Positions 57,436 through 64,000 of a DNA stretch of 64,000 bases are shown piece by piece; positions within the stretch are counted from its first letter, which is position 1, and each line of letters begins with the position of its first letter. The stretch is from a virus, in the IMG/VR virus record IMGVR_UViG_3300009161_006153, positions 10,950 through 74,949 of that record; one strand, written 5' to 3'. Position numbers and translations under genes: made by a program. A model generated the notes under the pieces. It did no database searches. It worked only from the letters and a program-made list of their open reading frames with translations, and was not told the DNA's origin.

Positions 57436-57464
57436 GAAACTATAGACATCCTTGTATCTAGAAT
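57436..57464 (+). promoter_or_regulatory. Putative middle promoter GAAAC-N18-TAGAAT
   Basis: Recurring motif upstream of 57472. Confidence 0.6.
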
Positions 57465-57471
57465 AATAAAG

Positions 57472-58377
57472 ATGCCTATGATTTTTGGATTTAACCCGCC
57501 ACGTGTTTCTTATATAGGTCCGAATTCAACTATTCTAAGTCCTATCTTAATAGCTAGCCAATTGGAGCTAGTTAACCTTATTGTAAGTTGTGTAGACTTT
57601 AATAAAAAACTAGGATTATCTCTAACGTGTATTGATTTCTCAGAAATACAATTCTCCCCTGATTTTTTTACATCTAGCTTAAATGAGGAGATTCCTGATG
57701 TTTATCAATCTTTAACTACTGCCCAGGAATTGATTGCAAGATCTGAATCTAGACTATGTCTCTTCATTCCAAAAAATTATTTCCTTGGATCACAGATACA
57801 AGAAATAAGGGATAAAACCTTTCAAATCATTTCTAAAACCTCTGAGATTTTAGAAGCTCTTGGAATAAACTACCCGTCTATAATAATCAGAGTTGGATCT
57901 GCTTACGGTAATAGGAAAAAAACATTAGCGTCTTTTTGCTCTTCAGTAAGAAATCTAGGTAAGGGTACTATCTCTAGAATTAGCATCATGAATGACGATA
58001 AGCCAAGTCTATTTTCAATCACTGATCTTTTGACTGGGGTCTTTTATGAAACTGGGATACCCTTAACATTTAGGATTCTTCCGCACCAATTCAATGATGG
58101 GGGTTTATCTATAAGGGAAGCCCTATTTTTATCTTGCTCAACATGGGTTGATAAAACTAAACCTTTATTCATTTACTCTGAATCGATGGATTACGACACA
58201 AACGGAATTCCTGTAACTTCGAAAGTTTCCGGGCATATTTCTCATAGAATTCCGACTTTTGGGATATCCCTTGATGTTATAATAGAGTCATCATTAAAAG
58301 AAGATGCATGTCTTAAGTATATGATGAATCATAAATCTCTTACACCCATAATAATTAACAGGATTAATACGAAATAA
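57472..58377 (+). CDS. UV-damage endonuclease (UvsE/UVDE)-like TIM barrel, apparently degenerate
   Basis: I.VG.AYG, NDDKPSLFS, GIPLTF, STW....P...YSES and D.IIE...KE.A motifs, but the His ligands are substituted. Confidence 0.7.
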   Translation: MPMIFGFNPPRVSYIGPNSTILSPILIASQLELVNLIVSCVDFNKKLGLSLTCIDFSEIQFSPDFFTSSLNEEIPDVYQSLTTAQELIARSESRLCLFIPKNYFLGSQIQEIRDKTFQIISKTSEILEALGINYPSIIIRVGSAYGNRKKTLASFCSSVRNLGKGTISRISIMNDDKPSLFSITDLLTGVFYETGIPLTFRILPHQFNDGGLSIREALFLSCSTWVDKTKPLFIYSESMDYDTNGIPVTSKVSGHISHRIPTFGISLDVIIESSLKEDACLKYMMNHKSLTPIIINRINTK

Positions 58378-58413
58378 TTAATTATTTTTATAGGATATTT
58401 TAAAAATTAAAAG

Positions 58414-59127
58414 ATGTTTACAAAATCTGAAATTTCAAAATTTTTATATCTAGACATAGAAACCGCGTGTTGTTTTCCCAGTATTTCAGAATTAGAAAAG
58501 GACAACAAAAGATTATACGATCTCTGGAAAAAAAGGGATTCCTACTACAGAGGGGCATACCCGGAGATGAAGGACAAAACATGTGATGAAGTTTTTAAAT
58601 CTAAAGCTGGTTTAGAACCTGAATTTTCTAAAATAGTTTGCATTTCTTTTGGTAGTTTTTCAGAGGGAATGGAGCCAAGACTAATCTCGTTTAATGGAGG
58701 TCCTGATGATGAGCTTGATATACTTTCTAAATCTCACAAGGTAATAAGTAATGCAGCGGCTAAAAATTGGAAACTGTGTGGTCATAATATCAAGGGATTC
58801 GATATACCTTTTATTGCAAGAAAATTAGTTTATAATAGCATTAAGCTACCTCAAAATTTAGAAATATGGAATAAAAAACCATGGGAGGTAGGAGTTATAG
58901 ATACCAGCGAAATATTCTCTTTTGGTAGCTGGATGCATCAAAAATACCTCAGTCTAGATCTCTTATCTTGTTCTTTAAGTATAGAGTCACCCAAAGAAAT
59001 AATGGATGGATCTTTGGTGAATGATTCATTTTGGGTCGATAAGGACTACGATAAAATAAAGATGTACTGTGAGTCAGATGTTTCTACGGTCATGAAAATA
59101 ATGAAGCATATAACCTTCGACCTTTAG
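58414..59127 (+). CDS. 3'-5' exonuclease (PolB proofreading-like, DEDDy)
   Basis: LDIET, PEFSKIVCIS, GHNIKGFDIPFI and YCESDV motifs. Confidence 0.87.
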   Translation: MFTKSEISKFLYLDIETACCFPSISELEKDNKRLYDLWKKRDSYYRGAYPEMKDKTCDEVFKSKAGLEPEFSKIVCISFGSFSEGMEPRLISFNGGPDDELDILSKSHKVISNAAAKNWKLCGHNIKGFDIPFIARKLVYNSIKLPQNLEIWNKKPWEVGVIDTSEIFSFGSWMHQKYLSLDLLSCSLSIESPKEIMDGSLVNDSFWVDKDYDKIKMYCESDVSTVMKIMKHITFDL

Positions 59128-59171
59128 TCTTTAGCCTTTAAGATCCGATATATAGAAAAAACATATCGGAT

Positions 59172-59957
59172 TTGAATTTCCCCGTTAAAAATTACCTCAA
59201 TTTTCTTTTAGAGTCAGATTCTGAAAGTTTTACTAGTGAGTATGAAAGCTTATCTGGTCCCTTTTGGACTAAGAATGAAAAAGGGTCAGTATTCTTAAAT
59301 GGTGATGTTTCGCGGAAGATCCTAGCACTTGTTGATGATTTAAAAATATCACTGCCATCAGAATTACATTCAAAAGAAATCAAAGATGTCCATTTAACCG
59401 GATCCCACCCAAGCTATGAAAATAGCGAAAATCCAGAAGCTGATATAGTGGTAATCCTCGATCTTTCTAATTTTGATGACTATGAAAAAAAAGACATCAA
59501 ACAAAGAATTGATAGGCAAAGAAAAAAATGGAATATAAAAAACAAACCAAAAATAGATGGGGTTTTTCTGGATTTTGATATACATGACGATAACGATCCT
59601 CATGATGATTCTGCTCTATATTCCATAAAAAATAATTCTTGGATTAAAAGTCCTGATTCTGAAAACATTTACATAGACGACAAGGATGTTATAAAAAAAT
59701 ACTCAAGACTAACCTCCGAGATAGATCATTTGATAGACTCCCTAGAAACACCAGATCTTGGAAAGGATGAAAAATCGCAATATGTCTCTTATCTGAGACA
59801 TATCTTAAATAGATTGGTCATAATGAGACAGGATTCCTCAAAAAGTAAGGATTTCCCACACATAGGAAATTTGTGTTATCGAAAGCTTAAAAAAGAAGGA
59901 TATATAAAAAAATTAATCGGAGCTTTAGTTGATAATTCAAAATATCTTACAAAATAA
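59172..59957 (+). CDS. Pol beta-like nucleotidyltransferase, probably virion-packaged
   Basis: IKDVHLTGS......EADIVV, ALYSI..NSWIK.P and GNL.YRKL..EGY motifs. Late promoter at 59147. Confidence 0.6.
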   Translation: MNFPVKNYLNFLLESDSESFTSEYESLSGPFWTKNEKGSVFLNGDVSRKILALVDDLKISLPSELHSKEIKDVHLTGSHPSYENSENPEADIVVILDLSNFDDYEKKDIKQRIDRQRKKWNIKNKPKIDGVFLDFDIHDDNDPHDDSALYSIKNNSWIKSPDSENIYIDDKDVIKKYSRLTSEIDHLIDSLETPDLGKDEKSQYVSYLRHILNRLVIMRQDSSKSKDFPHIGNLCYRKLKKEGYIKKLIGALVDNSKYLTK

Positions 59958-59960
59958 AAA

Positions 59961-62555
59961 ATGATTCTTTTATACCCATCACAGACTGAATATAAAATAG
60001 GATCTGACTTTCCTTTTTTAACTATACCCCTTGACCAAGCTAATGCTCAAACGGAATCTCTAGAGGATTTTCAATGGTGGGCATACTCTGATGATTTCCA
60101 AAAATGGTTAAAAGCTAATCCTAGACAATGGGTAGCAGATAGCGTTGACACATCCGGATATAAAAGCGAGACTGAACTTCTTGAAAGTTATCTCTCATTG
60201 AATCAAATCCCAGAGGAGGGCAAATCAAGCCTAAAGGTGAAATACACTTCCTTTGATGATTTTGTCCAAGCAATGAATGAGATCTCCGAGCCAACATCAG
60301 AACAACCTGCAGGAGCCAAACAAGGGGGAGATAAACAAAATTCTGCTGATGCTGCTTATGGTAAGGAAGCTGTGAAATTTCACTTTGCGTATAATAAGCT
60401 CCTATCCGATGGAAAGATCAAGGATGGCCTAAAATTTTCAAGTGTTGGTGCGGGTAACGATATAGCAGTTTTTATTGTTGTTGAGGATCCACAGACAGGA
60501 GCTAGTGTTGATGAAACATTAAAGGCTTTCAGAATGATTCCTAAAGAATCAAGCGGAGGATCTAAGATTATTTTAGTCGAAACGAATGAAACACTCCCTG
60601 GAGGTGCATTACCTGAGAACTCTGACTCTGAAAGCGTTTTTAAAAATGTAGTTCAAGATGGGTTTAAAGTTGCTGCTTACTCTGCAGCGGGCATTACACT
60701 TTTTGGTGTTTTAAAATGGGTTGGTGGAGGATTACTCGCAAGGAACGGTCTTAAAACAATACAAAAGTTCAGTCCAAAATCTCTGCTCAAGACATCAAAA
60801 CCAAGCGTCAACATTTTAAAGCCATTGGCAGGAGGTGTAAAGAGTCTTTGGGGCGGGATTAGAAGTATGGCCACATTGAAAACCACACGTGATGTTTTAA
60901 AAACAGGCTCTGAATTTGTTAAGATTGGTAGAATGTATAAAACAGGTAACGCTGTTAAAAATTTTACGATGGGAGCAAAATTCGCTCTGAAGGGTAGTGC
61001 AAAGACAGGATCTAAATTGATACCTTTCGTGGGTGAGGTCCTCATGGTCATAGATGCTGTAGGATCTATTTGGAATTGGTATAGTAATAACCAAGCGCCA
61101 AGATATGGTGAACTTGAGGATTATAGCTGGATTAAGGCTGAATTTGACCCTAAATCTGTGGCGATAGGAAAACCGATTACCATTTGCTGGTCTCAACCTG
61201 CTGGCGGAACTTGGGGAGGAATAACCTCATTCTTATTCAATAATGAGACAAGAACCACAATGGAGCTTATCAAAGTGGCAGAGGAGAAGGGAGATTCTAT
61301 TTTTATTTTAACTCAGGTAAATTCAAAAGATGTTCAAAAGCAAATTGCTGGTCATGAATTAACACTAGTTGCATTCAGTAACTCCGATGTTGTGGAAAGA
61401 GGCATCATAGATAACGAGGATCTGGAGTTTAAAATTTCTTACGTTGATGGAATTTCTAAGATTGCTTCCCAATTTAATTTCCAAGGGTATTGTGGATGGG
61501 ACGAACTTCTTTCTGAGTATCAACAATCATCAGACCAGCTGATTATATCTGATCCATCGGCGCCTGGAGAATATTCTTTTAACTTCAAGGATTCTGAAGA
61601 TAATGTGATTAATGTAGTTGGGGAAAAAGTAACTGATCAGCAATTAGAAAAATACAGCGATCAAGATCTTATTAATATATTCGGGGTTGATCCGGTTAAA
61701 AGTGAGCTTTCTCCAACTTCCTCTAAAAACGAGTCAGAGGAATTCACACAATCAGCTAGTGTTATCACTTTCTCAGATTTCCACAATCTTAATATGTTCG
61801 AGGAAGGGACTTCGGCTGTTAGTAAACCTGTAGCAAAAGCGGACGCAGCAGGTAGCGGTGCATCTTCTATTGCTGATCTATCGCCTGAACAAAAATCAAC
61901 TCCAGCGGAATTAGCCATATACTTAGTCACAAACAAAGAATATGCTAACCCCCAGTTAAGGGGAAAATTCGGGACAGGAAAATTTACAAATTTTATTGTT
62001 GACCCTGAAGAATATACTGCTCAAGAAGGAACACCAATAACGGTTGAAATTAATAGCGACGAGCTACTTCCTAGTACTAAAGCTGGTATTTACACCTACC
62101 AAGAATCTGCAGAGGTAACGGAGCCAAGAAAGAAGGAGGAGAAGGAGCCTAAAAAAGAGGAGCCTAAAAAAGGAGAGGATGAAGGTGATATAGTTGAGGA
62201 GGATCCAACAAAACGCAAAGACTATTACGTTTCAACTTCCCCTGAAGACGTGGTGATTAAAAATAAAAGACACGCTTTAATTATAAGGGACAGATCCGAC
62301 GATAGCGGGATTAATATCTTTGATAAATTCCTGACAGACAAAGATAAAGAGGTGCTTAAAATAGAGAACTGGAAAAGCATATCATCAGCCAAGGAAGTGT
62401 TTGACTCTAGAGGGGATGTTACAAAGGTTAAGCTCTGGAATAGATACGCCCCATGGGGGGATAGGAAAAGAGTCTATACTGTAACTGACGGTGAGTCTTT
62501 TGAGCTGGCAAAGAAATTTGCAGAGGAGGTAAAAGATAGAATAAAATACGATTAA
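59961..62555 (+). CDS. Large hypothetical virion protein with a Gly/Ala-rich membrane-inserting region
   Basis: Hydrophobic segments VAAYSAAGITLFGVLKWVGGG and LIPFVGEVLMVIDAVGSIW. Internal FDDF..MNE and FSDF...FEE motifs. Confidence 0.55.
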   Translation: MILLYPSQTEYKIGSDFPFLTIPLDQANAQTESLEDFQWWAYSDDFQKWLKANPRQWVADSVDTSGYKSETELLESYLSLNQIPEEGKSSLKVKYTSFDDFVQAMNEISEPTSEQPAGAKQGGDKQNSADAAYGKEAVKFHFAYNKLLSDGKIKDGLKFSSVGAGNDIAVFIVVEDPQTGASVDETLKAFRMIPKESSGGSKIILVETNETLPGGALPENSDSESVFKNVVQDGFKVAAYSAAGITLFGVLKWVGGGLLARNGLKTIQKFSPKSLLKTSKPSVNILKPLAGGVKSLWGGIRSMATLKTTRDVLKTGSEFVKIGRMYKTGNAVKNFTMGAKFALKGSAKTGSKLIPFVGEVLMVIDAVGSIWNWYSNNQAPRYGELEDYSWIKAEFDPKSVAIGKPITICWSQPAGGTWGGITSFLFNNETRTTMELIKVAEEKGDSIFILTQVNSKDVQKQIAGHELTLVAFSNSDVVERGIIDNEDLEFKISYVDGISKIASQFNFQGYCGWDELLSEYQQSSDQLIISDPSAPGEYSFNFKDSEDNVINVVGEKVTDQQLEKYSDQDLINIFGVDPVKSELSPTSSKNESEEFTQSASVITFSDFHNLNMFEEGTSAVSKPVAKADAAGSGASSIADLSPEQKSTPAELAIYLVTNKEYANPQLRGKFGTGKFTNFIVDPEEYTAQEGTPITVEINSDELLPSTKAGIYTYQESAEVTEPRKKEEKEPKKEEPKKGEDEGDIVEEDPTKRKDYYVSTSPEDVVIKNKRHALIIRDRSDDSGINIFDKFLTDKDKEVLKIENWKSISSAKEVFDSRGDVTKVKLWNRYAPWGDRKRVYTVTDGESFELAKKFAEEVKDRIKYD

Positions 62556-62580
62556 AATCAAAAAATTAGAAAGGGTTTTT

Positions 62581-62588
62581 GATATATA
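62581..62588 (+). promoter_or_regulatory. Putative late promoter GATATATA
   Basis: Recurring motif upstream of ATG 62614. Confidence 0.7.
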
Positions 62589-62613
62589 AACAATAATAAA
62601 AAATAAACTGAAG

Positions 62614-64000
62614 ATGTTTAAAAACAACAGTGATATCTTACTAAACGAACAAATGGTTTTCATGGTTGAAAAGCAGGAGTTTTTTTTAGAGTCTAAAAAA
62701 GAGTCATCGAGTGGAGATTACGTCCTTGAGGGGATAGCAGCTGTTTTTGGGAAAGTTAACAATAACAATAGAATCTACGAGGAAGCTGAGTATTTGCCAC
62801 ATCTCGATTATCTTAAAGACAAGATCAATCAAAAGAGGCTTTTGGGTGAATTAGATCATCCTGAAAAGTTTGACGTTTCTCTTAAGAATATCTCTCACAT
62901 GATAACCGATCTTAATTACGATAAATCTGGTCGTAAATTATTGATCAAAGTGCAACTGCTTGATACACCAGCTGGACAAATTGCTAAAAATCTAGTTGAT
63001 GCTGGGGTACCTCTTTCCATCTCTTCTAGAGCTGCTGGTCAGGTTGGTCCAGATAAGAAGGTGCAGATCAAAAAGATCTTCACCTATGATCTTGTTGCTG
63101 ATCCTGGATTTGAGAATGCTCAGCTTAAAAGAGTTTATGAAAGTGCTGGTTTTACAGAGGATGAATTTAAGACCTACCAGTCTAATAGTATACTAAATAA
63201 TTTAGAGTGTTTAAACGAATCATTCGGTCTAGAAAATGAATCGGCATTGAAGATATATAAAGTTGATAACAATGAGGAGTTTATCAATCTTATTAACAAA
63301 ACAGAAATTAAAAATAAAAATTTCCTTATGGAAAATAATGAATTTGTAACATCTAACGAGCTCAATCAATATTCAATTCTTTTGAAAAAAGAAATTGATT
63401 CTATCAAGTCTTCTATCACAGATATTAAGAAAGAAAAAATAGAATTGAGCGAATCAGATTCCAAGCATTCTTCTGAGAATGAAATGAAGCTTCAAGAGAG
63501 AGTAGAAAAATTAGAAAAGTATGCGGAGTACTTATCTGAGAATCTTCAGAATTCTATAAGTTATGGGGAATACCTTGCTGAGAATTTGGATAATTCAATC
63601 TCTTATAGCAAGTATTTGGCTGAGAACCTAGATAAGAACATATCTTATTCTAAGTACCTAGCTGAGAATGTTGATAAATCTATTTCTTATTCTGAGTATG
63701 TTGCAGAGAATGTTGATAAGAATATAGAATACTCTAAATACTTAGCGGAAAAATTGGACAATAACATTTCATACTCTGAGTATCTAGCTGAGAATTTAGA
63801 TAATGGTATTGCTTACAGCGAATACATTGCAGAAAATCTAGACAAAGGGATAGCTTACAGCGAATACATTGCTGAGAATTTAGAAAAAGGAATATCTTAT
63901 ACTGAATATGTTGCTGAAAAAGTTAATAACGGTATAGAGTATACTGAATACGTTGCTGAAAATCTGAACAAAAACATCGAATATTCTGATTATCTTGCTG
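62614..64000 (+). CDS. gp21: Prohead core protease (T4 gp21-like) fused to a scaffold-like repeat region; runs off the window end
   Basis: Absent from the ORF track because it has no stop in the window. Manual translation gives LEGIAAVFG..NNNNRIY, LLGELDHP, LLDTPAG.IAK.LVDAG, ISSRAAG and YDLVADPGF. Confidence 0.92.
   Translation, partial: MFKNNSDILLNEQMVFMVEKQEFFLESKKESSSGDYVLEGIAAVFGKVNNNNRIYEEAEYLPHLDYLKDKINQKRLLGELDHPEKFDVSLKNISHMITDLNYDKSGRKLLIKVQLLDTPAGQIAKNLVDAGVPLSISSRAAGQVGPDKKVQIKKIFTYDLVADPGFENAQLKRVYESAGFTEDEFKTYQSNSILNNLECLNESFGLENESALKIYKVDNNEEFINLINKTEIKNKNFLMENNEFVTSNELNQYSILLKKEIDSIKSSITDIKKEKIELSESDSKHSSENEMKLQERVEKLEKYAEYLSENLQNSISYGEYLAENLDNSISYSKYLAENLDKNISYSKYLAENVDKSISYSEYVAENVDKNIEYSKYLAEKLDNNISYSEYLAENLDNGIAYSEYIAENLDKGIAYSEYIAENLEKGISYTEYVAEKVNNGIEYTEYVAENLNKNIEYSDYLA
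63520..64000 (+). repeat. 42-bp (14-aa) tandem repeat, consensus Y(S/T)EY(L/V/I)AENLDKxIx, at least 11 copies
   Basis: YAEYLSENLQNSIS-YGEYLAENLDNSIS-YSKYLAENLDKNIS-YSKYLAENVDKSIS and so on, continuing to the window end. Confidence 0.92.

Noticed and set aside
786-63365. Minus-strand ORFs and short alternate-frame plus-strand ORFs in the ORF track
   Set aside because: Nearly all lie within or across longer, motif-bearing plus-strand genes, show shadow-ORF composition (rich in S, F, L, I) and lack recognisable motifs or promoters.
1-64000. Stop-codon reassignment (TAG to Gln), as in Lak-type megaphages
   Set aside because: Conserved genes are full length in code 11. TAG ends several genes at sensible boundaries (1996, 23583, 24456, 30194, 41022, 59127), and coding density is already near complete.
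63520-64000. Possible CRISPR array (regular period of about 42 bp)
   Set aside because: The repeats are in-frame coding units with synonymous variation and no unique spacers, and there are no cas genes.
1-64000. tRNA or rRNA genes
   Set aside because: Intergenic gaps are short, and no cloverleaf with a GTTCRA T-loop was recognised by eye. tRNAscan-SE would be needed to exclude them formally.

Overview
An AT-rich 64 kb segment of a large T4-like (jumbo or megaphage-type) myovirus genome. All real genes lie on the + strand and use the standard genetic code. From left to right it contains: (1) a nucleotide-sugar/glycosyltransferase cluster (nadE, GT6, GT7-like, hldD, fcl, gmd); (2) probable head-packaged proteins with peptidoglycan-binding domains; (3) the UvsX/gp41/gp47/gp46 recombination-replication block; (4) neck, tail and fibre genes interrupted by a GT9, sulfotransferase, FkbM and APS kinase module; (5) terminase, tail sheath, two tail tubes, a chaperone pair and a tape-measure-like gene; (6) dCMP deaminase, an ECF-like sigma factor and a gp55 late sigma factor; (7) two tandem portal genes; (8) ligase, clamp loader, gmk, RNase H, a degenerate UvsE, an exonuclease and a nucleotidyltransferase; (9) a gp21 prohead protease fused to 14-aa scaffold repeats, which runs off the right edge and is missing from the ORF track. 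The main observations read directly from the sequence are two promoter classes matching the two sigma genes (GAAAC-N18-TAwAAw and RATATATA), three candidate ribosomal frameshifts, duplicated portals with differently charged tails, and a phage PAPS/sulfotransferase plus glycan-building system. All functional calls come from motif recognition by eye. No database searches were run.
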